Notes: generated by a model from the letters alone, not told the origin. Shown: positions 1 through 10,379, counted from the stretch's first letter. The stretch is DNA of 64,000 nucleotides from Candidatus Goldiibacteriota bacterium (GCA_018000835.1 JAGNJD010000002.1:1732-65731); one strand, 5' to 3'. Numbers and translations: made by a program.

Positions 1-2003
1 GCGGTGACTGGTGGTATGACTCGTCATTAAATTTCCCCGTCGTAAACGGTGCTGAGTTCTGGATAACCGTGGATATTGCCGGCAACCCTGCCTTTGGTTC
101 AATTGAATTTCAGACGGATAACGTTTCTTTTCAGAACTCTGCCGTGGTATCTTCTGACGAACCGGCAAAACCTTACGTATTACTCGTTACTTCAGTAACG
201 CCGGCTGAACTCCTTGAAATAAAACATCTGCCGGGGACAATGCAGTCGTTTGTATCAACAGACCAGACAAATCTAATACCAATGGAAATAAATTTTTACA
301 ACAACTCTCCTGAAACGTCCGCCGACATAACGATAAATTACGTAACGATTACGGTCCGCTCTTATCCTGTTCCGGGCATTATTTTATCTCCTTCTTCCGT
401 TATTTCTTCCATAAAAGTGCAGGATAAACAAACAGGATTTATTTACGGCGGGATTTATGGTCCAAATGTTCCTTCAGGTGCTTCTCCTTTTTCAATATCG
501 CTTGCCCAGCTTAACGTCCCGGCACAAACTACAATAACTGCAGACATAGTGATATCAATAACCGGAACGGCGTCATCTGCCGACGTTGATTTTGTTTTAG
601 CAGTAGAAAATGCAGATGCGGTCAATGCTTATGATTATTATACTTATAAAAAAATTCCGGTCACGCAGTCCCCTTCTGATTCTTTTCCCATGTATTCAAA
701 TTTTGCAAAAATCCAGAAAAAAACAGAATTGATAAATTCATTTTTTATTGACGTTATTCCTTCAAACATCAACAAAGGCGCAACAAACGTTGAATTACTT
801 AAAATACGTCTTGAAAATCCGGGTGATTCGCTAACTGCATCAGCCGAGTTATACAACCTGAAACTTTATTTAAAAGATAATTTGGATTCACCCGTAATAC
901 CTGCTGTCCTGTTTTCAAAAATTTCCATAACCGACGAAACGGGTAACATAAAATACAGCGTAAAAACTTCTTCTGCAATTGAATCGTCCGGTAACGTCAT
1001 AAACTTTCCCATGGTTACAACGGCAGGCATTGCTTCGTCTGCTTCCACTACGATCGTTGTAAGAGCAGACATTCTACCGTCAACGACCATAAATAATTTT
1101 AAAATAGGAATTGAATCTCCGGCAGACATAACGTGCAGGGACAAAAACACTTTCGTCATGGTTCCCGTCATCCCTGACTTCGTTCCTTCCTATACGTCAC
1201 TTGCACTTTTATCAAGTTCTTTCCGGGTCTCACACCGGCAAAAAATGCCGCAAAACATTTATAAAAACCAGAAAAACGTCCATCTTATGAACCTGACTCT
1301 TACATCTCCGCTATCGTTTGGTAATGGTAACATCCTCGTCCGCGGAATTACATTAACGGCGAAAAATTCAGATGGTCAGGCAATAAATTTTTCTGACTGC
1401 ATAGACAAAATAATTTTAAATACTCCTTCAGGAACGATGGAGTGGACTACTGTATCCGCCGGGCATGACCATTATCTCTCATTTCCATATCACATAACTG
1501 TTACATCGGCAGGAGAGACGGTCTCCCTGTTTGCAGACGTTTCAGATAACGTCGGCACGACTTCGCTGCAGGTCACTCTCGAAGATGCAGATTCAATTGA
1601 TGCTTACCAGGACAACGACCCGAACAGACGCATATTCATTACGGCAGATACCGGCGATGCTTTTCCAATGTCATCCGGAATTGGATTTATAAGCGGCGAA
1701 ACTTCTTCAACAAAATTGTCGGGATATCCTAATCCGTTTTATTATGGTTCTTTCTGCAGATTTGCATATTACATTAATGAAGCGTCCAGAGTCACAATAA
1801 AAATATACGATTTAATGGGAAACAACGTCAGAACAATAATACAGGACGTGGATAAAAACCGGGGATCGCACAACGAAGATACGTGGGATGGTAAAAACGA
1901 CAAGGGGAAGCCAGTGAATGCAGGAACTTACCTGGTAAAAATTGAAATTAATACAAACGGAAACAAAAAAACTTTAAAAGATAAAATTACTATTTTAAAA
2001 TAA
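1..2003 (+). CDS. Secreted protein with T9SS-type (Por/FlgD-Ig-like) C-terminal sorting domain. It is 5'-partial: the reading frame is open to the window start.
   Basis: The ORF track gives 69..2003, but the frame has no stop back to nt 3, so the gene probably starts upstream of the window. The C-terminal ~90 aa (GYPNPFYY...VTIKIYDLMGNNV...AGTYLVKIEIN) matches the T9SS CTD / FlgD Ig-like pattern. Three other large secreted proteins in the window end the same way. Confidence 0.6.
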   Translation, partial: GDWWYDSSLNFPVVNGAEFWITVDIAGNPAFGSIEFQTDNVSFQNSAVVSSDEPAKPYVLLVTSVTPAELLEIKHLPGTMQSFVSTDQTNLIPMEINFYNNSPETSADITINYVTITVRSYPVPGIILSPSSVISSIKVQDKQTGFIYGGIYGPNVPSGASPFSISLAQLNVPAQTTITADIVISITGTASSADVDFVLAVENADAVNAYDYYTYKKIPVTQSPSDSFPMYSNFAKIQKKTELINSFFIDVIPSNINKGATNVELLKIRLENPGDSLTASAELYNLKLYLKDNLDSPVIPAVLFSKISITDETGNIKYSVKTSSAIESSGNVINFPMVTTAGIASSASTTIVVRADILPSTTINNFKIGIESPADITCRDKNTFVMVPVIPDFVPSYTSLALLSSSFRVSHRQKMPQNIYKNQKNVHLMNLTLTSPLSFGNGNILVRGITLTAKNSDGQAINFSDCIDKIILNTPSGTMEWTTVSAGHDHYLSFPYHITVTSAGETVSLFADVSDNVGTTSLQVTLEDADSIDAYQDNDPNRRIFITADTGDAFPMSSGIGFISGETSSTKLSGYPNPFYYGSFCRFAYYINEASRVTIKIYDLMGNNVRTIIQDVDKNRGSHNEDTWDGKNDKGKPVNAGTYLVKIEINTNGNKKTLKDKITILK

Positions 2004-3703
2004 TGGTGAGCATGGTGAAAAAATTATTTTTGATACTTACATTGACGTTTTCAATGGTTGCATTAAACGCAAGCAACCTGCCTTATTCACAGGATTTAAG
2101 CGTAAAAAATTCCGGAGCCGCCGGTGCTCTGTCCGTATTCATAACAGATTCCTTTGCCTCCTTTATAAATCCGTCCCTGCTTGGCTGGACTCCGAGACAG
2201 AACGTCGGATTTATATATTACAATCTTTACGAAGATGGCATTTTAAGCTGCCTATCTTATGCCCTGCCCATGATTGAAAAAGGCACAATGGGTTTATCCG
2301 TCCTTTATCTGTCGTCCGGAGACGTAACTGAAAGAGACGTAAACAATCAGGAAACCGGGAAAATTTTTTCTGATACAACAACACACGTTAACTTATCCTA
2401 TGGAATAAATCTATTTTCGTTTTTTAACGTTGGATTAAATCTAAAATACATAAACAGAAATTTTTATGAAAAACAATTCTACGGCATCGGCTGCGACGTT
2501 GGAACTTCTTTTGACCTGCCTTATAACTCCAGAGTATCCATAAATCTTGAAAATGTCATAAAACCCCGGTTTAAATATTCAGATACGTCCTATGATACGC
2601 TTCCCCTGCGTTTTGACATGTCAGCAGGTTTTTCTTCAGAATTAATTAACGCAATAAACGGCATCCTCAAAGCAGGTGCGGGTATAACAAAAGAAGAAAA
2701 AAACGATACCATTGGATGGCAGGCCGGAATTGAATATGAAATCTTTAAGATCCTGACAGTGCGTGGTGGTTTAAATGAATCCGGTTTTGCGATAGGTTCT
2801 TCTGTTACTTATCTTGATTTCGTTTTTGATTATGCATTCATAAACAAGCCGCTTGACATCATCCACAGATTTTCGTTGTCCTACATGTTTGGTGATAACG
2901 TAAGGGAAATAGAAAACAAAATTAAAACGAAAGAAGAAAAAGTAAAATACGAACTGGTTCAGAAAATCAGGCAGGATGCGTTAAATGAATTTAAAACGAC
3001 TATAAACGATGCGCTTGCAAAAAACGACCTTGACCTTGCAAAGGAAACCGTCATAAAAGCTCTTGTCTGGGCTCCTTATGATAACTGGTTCAGGGAAAAA
3101 GAAAAAGAAATAAACGGTCTGATAAACAGGGATAAAAAACAAAAACTATTAAAGGAATCGGATACTGCAATGAAAGAAGGTTCCTACATAGATGCGCTTG
3201 TTTCCCTGAAAGCACTCCAGGAGATTGAGCCGGAAGACAAAGAGATACAGAAAAAAATAAATGAGGTTACGGGATACGTTAAAACTCTTGGAGAAAAAAA
3301 CATAGCAATAGAATCCGCAAACAGGGAGAAAATAAAAACTTATTTTGAAAAAGGTCTGGATAATTATGCTTCCGGTAAATATGAAAAAGCAATTGAAGAA
3401 TGGAATAAGGTAATTCAATCGTCTCCGCTGCAAAACCAGGTTTATACATACATTAAAAAAGCAGAAGAAAAAATAAGGAAAAAAGAAGATCAGGAAAAAA
3501 CAATGAAAATTCTCGAAAAACAAAAAATCCTGGAATTATATAACGAAGCAGTAATAGCGCATACAAAAGGGAAATTTGAAGAATCAATAAAATTGTGGAA
3601 AGAAATATTAAAACTGGATCCGGGTAACAAAGAAGCACAGGAATACCTGAACAAGGTAACGGAAGAATACAAAAAAATGCAGTTACAGCAGTTGCAATGG
3701 TAA
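2003..3703 (+). CDS. Outer-membrane beta-barrel-like protein (possible PorP/SprF-like cognate partner) fused to C-terminal TPR repeats
   Basis: N-terminal signal peptide. The N-terminal half is rich in alternating beta-strand-like segments. The C-terminal ~250 aa is TPR-like and Lys/Glu-rich. The start overlaps the stop of the upstream CTD cargo gene (TAATG). Family assignment is tentative. Confidence 0.4.
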   Translation: MVSMVKKLFLILTLTFSMVALNASNLPYSQDLSVKNSGAAGALSVFITDSFASFINPSLLGWTPRQNVGFIYYNLYEDGILSCLSYALPMIEKGTMGLSVLYLSSGDVTERDVNNQETGKIFSDTTTHVNLSYGINLFSFFNVGLNLKYINRNFYEKQFYGIGCDVGTSFDLPYNSRVSINLENVIKPRFKYSDTSYDTLPLRFDMSAGFSSELINAINGILKAGAGITKEEKNDTIGWQAGIEYEIFKILTVRGGLNESGFAIGSSVTYLDFVFDYAFINKPLDIIHRFSLSYMFGDNVREIENKIKTKEEKVKYELVQKIRQDALNEFKTTINDALAKNDLDLAKETVIKALVWAPYDNWFREKEKEINGLINRDKKQKLLKESDTAMKEGSYIDALVSLKALQEIEPEDKEIQKKINEVTGYVKTLGEKNIAIESANREKIKTYFEKGLDNYASGKYEKAIEEWNKVIQSSPLQNQVYTYIKKAEEKIRKKEDQEKTMKILEKQKILELYNEAVIAHTKGKFEESIKLWKEILKLDPGNKEAQEYLNKVTEEYKKMQLQQLQW

Positions 3704-3746
3704 AATAGGTTTACCTGATAGTAATGATTTTACCATCGTTTTGGAA

Positions 3747-3935
3747 TTAATTACTGACACTTTTTATATTTAATATGCTCTGACCTGATAGATTTGAAAA
3801 ACCCTTTTTTACCCCGCCTTTTAATTTTGCCTTTTTCATTGCATCCAGAATATTATCGGCTTTTACGTATATTTTCTTTTCAAAACAATTTCCTGCTCCT
3901 GTATGTCCTGTTTTTACTATGCATTCATAAGTCAC
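3747..3935 (-). CDS. Small hypothetical protein (62 aa, Lys-rich C-terminus)
   Basis: GTG start preceded by GGAGG with a 6-nt spacer (read from the minus strand at 3936-3950). No recognisable family. Confidence 0.3.
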   Translation of the reverse strand: MTYECIVKTGHTGAGNCFEKKIYVKADNILDAMKKAKLKGGVKKGFSNLSGQSILNIKSVSN

Positions 3936-4111
3936 GTAAAACCTCCGATATAATTATTTTATAATTATTTTATATTTTATAAGCAAATTATATGCCACAA
4001 AAAACGCATATTTTTATATGATTTTTCAGGATTTTTTAACGGGGGCTCTTTATGATTACACAATTATGTAAACCAGATGTAAACCAAACGTAAACCTTGA
4101 TTATAAATAAA

Positions 4112-4200
4112 ATAATTTCCCTTCTTTGGAAAAGAGGGGCCAGGGGAGATTTTATTTTATCAAATCCCCCTTTCTACCCCTTTTTCAAAGGGGGATAAAT
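4112..4200. repeat. Repeat family A unit (twin GC-hairpin element), located directly downstream of the sigma-54 activator stop
   Basis: Sequence ttcccttctttggaaaagaggggccaggggagatttta...atccccctttctacccctttttcaaagggggat. It contains two perfect palindromes (cccctcttt/aaagagggg and ccccctttt/aaaggggg) with T-runs. It may act as a terminator. Confidence 0.6.
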
Positions 4201-4203
4201 AAA

Positions 4204-6120
4204 TTATTTCTTTTTTTGCATCCTTTTCCATAACGCCATGCGTGAAATGCCAAGCACCTTTGCCGCTTTTGTCGTTGAATTATTTACCCTTGCTAATATC
4301 TCATTTAGGTCAATTTCATTAACTTTTTGTTTAAGGTATTCCTTTTTCATTTTTAATTTTTTTGCTGCCTTGTCATAATCATAATTTACGCTTTTTAACA
4401 TTTCTATCAGGTCTATGGTTTTCTGATTCTTGACGTTTTTAACCGTCGCCTTTGCCGATAATAATTCATCCGGCAGGTAAATTTTTTTTACTTCAACATC
4501 GTCATACAAAGTCACTATACGCTCAATTACGTTTTCCAGTTGTCTTACGTTACCCGGCCATGGATATTTTAAAATCACTTTTAACGCATCAGGAGAAAAA
4601 TCTTTAAATTTTTTATTATATTTTTCGTTAAATTTTTTTAAAAAATAATGGGCAAGCAAAACGGCATCTTCGCCACGTTCTCTCAAAGGCGGTAATGAAA
4701 CGGGTAAAACGTAAAGCCGGTAAAAAAGGTCCTCCCTGAAACTGCCGTCTTTTAACATTCGTTTTATGTCCTTGTTCGTTGCAGTTATAAGCCGCACATC
4801 AACCTTTATTGTTTCGTTTCCGCCGACTCTTTCAAATTCCCTGTATTGTATAAAACGCAGTAACTTAACCTGCATCGCAGCGGTTATGTCGCCTATCTCG
4901 TCAAGAAAAATCGTTCCTCCGTCTGCTATTTCAAATCTTCCCTGCTTTGTCTTCACTGCGCCGGTAAAAGCACCTTTTTCATATCCGAACAATTCTGATT
5001 CAAGCAGGTTTTCCGGCAGCGCACCGCAGTTTACAACAATAAAAGGTTTGTCAGAACGCCTGCTTAACCTGTGGATGGCACGAGCTACAAGTTCTTTTCC
5101 CGTCCCATTTTCACCATCAATAAATACCGTTGAATCCGTTTCAGACGCTTTTATTATCAGGTCCTTGACTTTTTTTACCGGCTCACTTTCACCTATAAAA
5201 TCCGCGAAAGACAAAGTATCACTTTGCTGTTTTGCTATGTCCATTATTGATTTTGAAATGTTGAATAAAATTTCAATACCGTCGTTTTGTTTTATGAATT
5301 CCCTGTAATCGTCTTTTATTTCGTCTTTCATTCCACTTTTAACGTAAATAAGGCCAAGGTTATAAAGAGCATTTTTATTTTCCGGATTTAAAATAACAGA
5401 ATTTTTAAAACATTCCATGGCTTCATTTGTAAGTCCCTTCCTGAAATAAGACAAACCAAGGTCATTGTATAAATTTGATTTTCTTCTGCTGTCCGACGAT
5501 ACATTTATTGCATAATTATAATTTTCGATTGCAACGTCATAATTGCCGTCCTTGAAATAAATGTCGCCAAGATTTGCATAAGAAAGTTCGTTTTTGGAAT
5601 CGTATTTTAATACGTTTTTAAACGCATCAATTGAATTTTTATTTTCTCCTGCATTTTTATAAAGAACCCCGAGAAATAAATTTACGTCCATAGCCAAACT
5701 TTTTATGTCGGAATATTTATCGGAATATATCAAACTTCCGGTCGGGTCTATTTCGTCTAAATTTATTGACCTCAGACTGTCTATTGCTTCTTTTATTTTG
5801 TTTTCATTTATGAATATAAGTGCAAGGTTGTAGGAAACGTCCCATTTTCTTTTATTTCCAGGTATTTTTAAATAATTCTCCTTTGCTTCCAGAAAATTAC
5901 CATGGATAAAAGCAATATCCCCTTTTAAACTTAAAATAAATTCTTCCGGTAAATCGGTTTCTATCGTTTTTATTTTGGCCTGTATGCCTGAATAATTTTT
6001 TTGCCTGAAATCCCCCTCAATCTCCAGCATAACCGCATCAGGCGGTTTTGTCCTGCTACCACAGTTTTTACAGAACATGCTGTTTTTTTTTATTTCTGCC
6101 CCGCAATTTTCACAATACAT
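4204..6120 (-). CDS. Sigma-54-dependent transcriptional activator (bEBP) with N-terminal zinc-ribbon and TPR sensor region, AAA+ sigma-54 interaction domain and C-terminal Fis-type HTH
   Basis: N-terminal CENCG...CKNCG zinc ribbon, then TPR-like repeats. Walker A GENGTGKE, the GAFTGA signature, ESELFGY and a C-terminal HTH (AKVLGISRMALWKRMQK). Confidence 0.85.
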   Translation of the reverse strand: MYCENCGAEIKKNSMFCKNCGSRTKPPDAVMLEIEGDFRQKNYSGIQAKIKTIETDLPEEFILSLKGDIAFIHGNFLEAKENYLKIPGNKRKWDVSYNLALIFINENKIKEAIDSLRSINLDEIDPTGSLIYSDKYSDIKSLAMDVNLFLGVLYKNAGENKNSIDAFKNVLKYDSKNELSYANLGDIYFKDGNYDVAIENYNYAINVSSDSRRKSNLYNDLGLSYFRKGLTNEAMECFKNSVILNPENKNALYNLGLIYVKSGMKDEIKDDYREFIKQNDGIEILFNISKSIMDIAKQQSDTLSFADFIGESEPVKKVKDLIIKASETDSTVFIDGENGTGKELVARAIHRLSRRSDKPFIVVNCGALPENLLESELFGYEKGAFTGAVKTKQGRFEIADGGTIFLDEIGDITAAMQVKLLRFIQYREFERVGGNETIKVDVRLITATNKDIKRMLKDGSFREDLFYRLYVLPVSLPPLRERGEDAVLLAHYFLKKFNEKYNKKFKDFSPDALKVILKYPWPGNVRQLENVIERIVTLYDDVEVKKIYLPDELLSAKATVKNVKNQKTIDLIEMLKSVNYDYDKAAKKLKMKKEYLKQKVNEIDLNEILARVNNSTTKAAKVLGISRMALWKRMQKKK

Positions 6121-6123
6121 CTT

Positions 6124-6579
6124 TTAATTTCCTTTTTTTATTTTGTTTTTTTCTATCCATTCAATCCTGTTTACTGCAATGTTTGCTATCTGTGGATTAT
6201 CCTTATATTTTGGAATCAGACCCTCGTAAACGCTTATTGCACCTTTAAAATCCCCTGCTTTTTCCTTTTCATATCCGACCCTGAATTCCTTTTCAAAATC
6301 AATTAGTATTTTTCTGCCCTTTTCGGACAAATGGGTCGTCCATAGATGCCCAAGTTCTGTAAAAAAAGATATAAGTAATATGTTTACAAAATAAGCGGGA
6401 AAAATGCCTGCCAGAATCAGACTTAGTATGGTGAGCAAACCCCATTCTTCTTTTTTTAACAACGTTTTTGGGACGTTCGCAAGTTCTTCCTTTGTCTGGA
6501 TGTTTTTAATAAAATTGTCAACGTCCATCTCTGACATGCCGTTGTTTTTTTCTGTATTATCGTCTTTTTTATTTTTCAT
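6124..6579 (-). CDS. Hypothetical membrane-anchored protein with TPR-like C-terminal region
   Basis: One or two predicted TM segments (LLTILSLILAGIFPAYFVNILLISFF) followed by a short helical repeat region. No family recognised. Confidence 0.35.
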   Translation of the reverse strand: MKNKKDDNTEKNNGMSEMDVDNFIKNIQTKEELANVPKTLLKKEEWGLLTILSLILAGIFPAYFVNILLISFFTELGHLWTTHLSEKGRKILIDFEKEFRVGYEKEKAGDFKGAISVYEGLIPKYKDNPQIANIAVNRIEWIEKNKIKKGN

Positions 6580-6591
6580 CTTTATCCCTTT

Positions 6592-7662
6592 TTACAATCT
6601 TTTTTCCATAACATTATACATCAAATTATCATCCACAGGAACATAGATTTTTTCGTCTTGTTTTATCTGAAAATATCTGCTGCATAATAAATTTATCTCT
6701 TCCGTTGAAATTCCAGCCCTCGATAATCTGTCCGGCATGTCAATTTTACCGGTTATCGTCTCAATGTCATCAACGTTTTTTTTGTTTTCCATTAATTGTT
6801 CCTGTATAAGAAGCGAAACTGAAACGTGTTCCCCGTGTAAATATTCTCGTGCTTTTGGAACGATGGTCATTGCATGTGCAATGGCATGTGCAATGGAAGA
6901 CGTAACCGTTTTTATTCCAACGCAGGAAATCATGCCGGAATAAATTATGTTACAATCGGTAAAAAACAACCTGTCTTCGTCGTTCAGACATTTTTTGTTT
7001 TTTTTAACTCTTTTAAAAATGTTTTTTTTTAAAATAAAGGCCAAATCTCTCGTAAAATTATCACAAAATTTTTTTTCTTTTTCATTTTTATAGAACGTCT
7101 CCGTTTCATAAAACTTGGACAGGGTATCCATAATCCCCGCTGCAAAAAAAGCCAGAGGCAGATCCATAAAAAATTCATAATCAATTATAAGGATGTCGGG
7201 AGGGACTGTGTCCAGCGTGTTAAGATAACTCCCGTCCTTATTATATATTACAGAAACCGGAGTGAAGGCAGCACAGGTTGCAGCCGACGTAGGAACATTT
7301 ATTAAACGGATTTCCGGCAGTTCTTTTTTTACGTGTTTTGCAACGTCAAGGACTTTTCCTCCGCCGGCAGCAACAAGATTTCTGATTTTTCTCTCTTTTA
7401 AAATGAGGAAAACCCTCCTGAACTCCTCGGGGCAGCATTCTCCGTTAAACATTATTTCTTCGTCAAAGATATTAACGTTTGCTTTTTTTATGAAAATTGA
7501 GCGGACGTATTTATCATAAATTACGGCAGATTTTCCGTCTGAAAGATTGTTAGTTAAGTCTTTTTCAAGGTCGCCGTTTATTTTTATTATTTTTCCGGGG
7601 AAAAGGAACTTCTGAAAGGAACTATACGAATTTTTAATTACGTCAAAATGTTGTTGTCTCAT
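6592..7662 (-). CDS. NAD(P)-dependent glycerol dehydrogenase / glycerol-1-phosphate dehydrogenase family protein (DHQS-like, metal-dependent polyol dehydrogenase)
   Basis: GGGKVLDVAK nucleotide-binding motif. PTSAATCAAF...SVIY and AAGIMDTL segments, plus LHGEHVS metal-ligand motifs typical of the GldA/EgsA(AraM) family. The stop overlaps the pnp start. Confidence 0.55.
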   Translation of the reverse strand: MRQQHFDVIKNSYSSFQKFLFPGKIIKINGDLEKDLTNNLSDGKSAVIYDKYVRSIFIKKANVNIFDEEIMFNGECCPEEFRRVFLILKERKIRNLVAAGGGKVLDVAKHVKKELPEIRLINVPTSAATCAAFTPVSVIYNKDGSYLNTLDTVPPDILIIDYEFFMDLPLAFFAAGIMDTLSKFYETETFYKNEKEKKFCDNFTRDLAFILKKNIFKRVKKNKKCLNDEDRLFFTDCNIIYSGMISCVGIKTVTSSIAHAIAHAMTIVPKAREYLHGEHVSVSLLIQEQLMENKKNVDDIETITGKIDMPDRLSRAGISTEEINLLCSRYFQIKQDEKIYVPVDDNLMYNVMEKRL

Positions 7663-9773
7663 CAGAGACCTGACTGATCCACTTCCTTCATGGATAAAGA
7701 AATTTTTCCTGTTTTGGGGTCTATGTCTTTTACTATGACCCTTACTTTTTGTCCTTCTTTTAATACTTCATCAACGGTTTTAAGCCGTCTATTCGTTATT
7801 GCAGAAATGTGAACGAGTCCGTCAATGCCGGGCATGATGTTTACAAATGCGCCAAATGGCATTATTTTTACGACTTCACCTACATATATTGTGCCGATCT
7901 CCGGCTCTGCAACGTAGGATTTTATCATTTTAACGGTCTTATCCATGGTTGCTTCGTCATTAGCAAATATTTTTACCTCGCCATTTTGTTCTATGTCAAT
8001 TTTTGCGTTTGTTTCTTCCACTATCTTTTTTATCGTTTTTCCGTTTGGACCGATTAAATCTTTTATCCTGTCTTTGTTTATGGTTATAATCTGCATTTTA
8101 GGTGCATATTTTGAAAGTTCTTTTTTTGGTTCGGAAATTGTTTTTAAAATTTTCTCTTCCAGAATAAACAATCGTGCTTTTTTTGCTTTTTCAAGTGCTT
8201 TTTTCATAACGTCGGTAGTTATGCCTGTAATTTTTATGTCCATCTGAATAGCAGTTATGCCGTCTTTTGTCCCGGCCACCTTAAAATCCATGTCTCCAAA
8301 ATGGTCCTCTGCACCCTGAATGTCCGTAAGAATTACCATTTTTTCATCTTTTTTTACAAGCCCCATTGCAATGCCCGCAACAGGTTTTTTTATAGGAACG
8401 CCTGCATCCATAAGTGAAAGCGTCGCACCGCAAACCGTTGCCATTGACGATGAACCATTTGACTCGAGAATGTCTGATACAACCTGTATGGTATAAGGAA
8501 ATTCTTCCTTTGTAGGTATTACTGCCTTTAACGCACGTTCGGCAAGATTACCATGTCCTATTTCTCTCCTGCCTACGCCACGAAGCATTTTTACCTCTCC
8601 AACGGAAAATGGAGGAAAATTATACTGAAGCATATAATGTTTATGCATTTCCCCTTCTATCTCGTCAAGCATCTGGGCATCTTCTTCCGAGCCAAGCGTG
8701 GTTACAACGAGTGCCTGTGTCTGCCCGCGTGTAAAAAGCGCAGAACCATGCGGCCTTGGCAATAATCCTATTTCACATTCAATGGGCCTTATTTCGTCAA
8801 AACCCCTTCCATCCGGTCTTTTATTTTCATCCACTATCATGCGACGTATTATTGATTCTTCTATGTCTTCCAGTACTTTTGTTATACCCAGAACCTTTTC
8901 CTCATATAATTCTTTACCCATTTCCAAAAGCAATGCATCGTGGACCGATTGTTTTATCTGATCAATCTCATCCTGCCGATTTATTTTATCTTCAATTTTT
9001 AAAGCATCATTTATTTTATTTTTTGCCATATTTTCTATTTTAAGACGCAGGTCCGGCTCAACGGTTCTTAATTTAACCTGCCTTTTCGGTTTTCCGTATT
9101 TGTTTTTTAAATTTTCAATAAAGCCGGCTATTTTTCTGATTTCGTCATGCGCGGTATTTATGGCATCTATCATTTCATCTTCTGATATTTCTTTTGCCTC
9201 GCCTTCTATCATCGTTATTGCCTGTTCCGTCCCGGCTACAATTATGTTTAAATCACCTGCTTCTTCCGCGCCGGTAACCGGATTGACGACAAACTGGTTA
9301 TCTATCTTTCCAACCTTTACTGCGCCAACGGGAAAAATGAACGGGATGTCTGAAATGGCAAGGGCTGCTGACGATGCAATAATTGAAAGAAAATCAGGAT
9401 CATTTATTTTATCGGCGGATATTAAAGTCACGATTAACTGAACTTCGTTATAATATCCGTCCGGGAAAAGCGGACGCAGTGACCTGTCTATCAGTCGTGC
9501 AGTAAGTATTTCCGATTCTCTCGGTTTTCCTTCCCTCTTAAAAAAGCCGCCTGGTATTTTTCCTGCTGCATAATACTTTTCCCTGTATTCAACGGTTAAA
9601 GGGAAAAAATCCGCGTCTTCCTTTGCTTCCTTTGCTGCAACTACGGTTGACAGGACAATTGTTTCACCGCATTGTGCCAGAACTGCTCCATCTGCCTGTT
9701 TGGCGAGTTTACCTGATTCCAATATTACTTTTTTACCCTGTATTTCAATTTCTTCTCTAAAATAATTTGTCAT
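7662..9773 (-). CDS. pnp: Polyribonucleotide nucleotidyltransferase (PNPase)
   Basis: Two RNase PH domains, a KH domain ([11 protein letters not shown]) and a C-terminal S1 domain ([18 protein letters not shown]). 703 aa. Immediately downstream of rpsO, which is the conserved arrangement. Confidence 0.95.
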   Translation of the reverse strand: MTNYFREEIEIQGKKVILESGKLAKQADGAVLAQCGETIVLSTVVAAKEAKEDADFFPLTVEYREKYYAAGKIPGGFFKREGKPRESEILTARLIDRSLRPLFPDGYYNEVQLIVTLISADKINDPDFLSIIASSAALAISDIPFIFPVGAVKVGKIDNQFVVNPVTGAEEAGDLNIIVAGTEQAITMIEGEAKEISEDEMIDAINTAHDEIRKIAGFIENLKNKYGKPKRQVKLRTVEPDLRLKIENMAKNKINDALKIEDKINRQDEIDQIKQSVHDALLLEMGKELYEEKVLGITKVLEDIEESIIRRMIVDENKRPDGRGFDEIRPIECEIGLLPRPHGSALFTRGQTQALVVTTLGSEEDAQMLDEIEGEMHKHYMLQYNFPPFSVGEVKMLRGVGRREIGHGNLAERALKAVIPTKEEFPYTIQVVSDILESNGSSSMATVCGATLSLMDAGVPIKKPVAGIAMGLVKKDEKMVILTDIQGAEDHFGDMDFKVAGTKDGITAIQMDIKITGITTDVMKKALEKAKKARLFILEEKILKTISEPKKELSKYAPKMQIITINKDRIKDLIGPNGKTIKKIVEETNAKIDIEQNGEVKIFANDEATMDKTVKMIKSYVAEPEIGTIYVGEVVKIMPFGAFVNIMPGIDGLVHISAITNRRLKTVDEVLKEGQKVRVIVKDIDPKTGKISLSMKEVDQSGL

Positions 9774-9779
9774 TTGTCC

Positions 9780-10049
9780 TCATTTCCTTAATTTTAATCT
9801 TTCTATTAAACTTTTATATCTTTCAAAGTCCGTTTTTTTAAGATAATCAAGCAGGCGTTTACGTTTGGCAACCATCTGCAAAAGACCGCGTCTCGAATTA
9901 AAATCCTTTTTATGTTTCTTAAAATGCTCGGTTAAATAATTAATGCGTTCGGTAAGAAGTGCAACCTGCACTTCCGGCGAACCGGTGTCTTTTTCATGAG
10001 TTTTAAACGTCTCTATTATCTCTTTCTTCTTCTCTTTTATTAAAGCCAT
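9780..10049 (-). CDS. rpsO: 30S ribosomal protein S15
   Basis: 89 aa with the typical S15 sequence ([28 protein letters not shown]...). Conserved rpsO-pnp pair. Confidence 0.95.
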   Translation of the reverse strand: MALIKEKKKEIIETFKTHEKDTGSPEVQVALLTERINYLTEHFKKHKKDFNSRRGLLQMVAKRKRLLDYLKKTDFERYKSLIERLKLRK

Positions 10050-10379
10050 AAAAAATTTCTCCTTCCTTAATATTTATAGGGATTACTTTTAGGTTAAAAA
10101 GGATTTAAAGCCGGATTAATCCAAATTTTTAAACCTACGTGCCGGAATTACGTTGGCCAATCAATAATCTCAGCAACTTTTAATAAACTAACACAAAAAC
10201 TTTTTTTTGTAAAGAAAATTTTTATTGTCCGTGCAGAGCGTTGCATCGTTTTCATGCGTCTGGTTTTAATTCACGGATTGTTAGTACATCGCTGTCAGGT
10301 TAATTTACCTGAGATATAATCTTTAATTTTTACAATTATCACGGTCATTGCGAGCGTAGTTAAGCAATCCGGGTTTTAT

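Noticed and set aside
4766-5308. Numerous 60-230-aa ORFs antisense to or nested in long genes (for example 4766..5308, 8553..9441 set, 16942..17634, 22085..22498, 35239..35580, 53287..53784)
   Set aside because: Each overlaps a well-supported gene on the opposite strand or another frame. They have Ser/Phe/Leu-rich low-complexity translations typical of antisense AT-rich DNA and no start-site signals.
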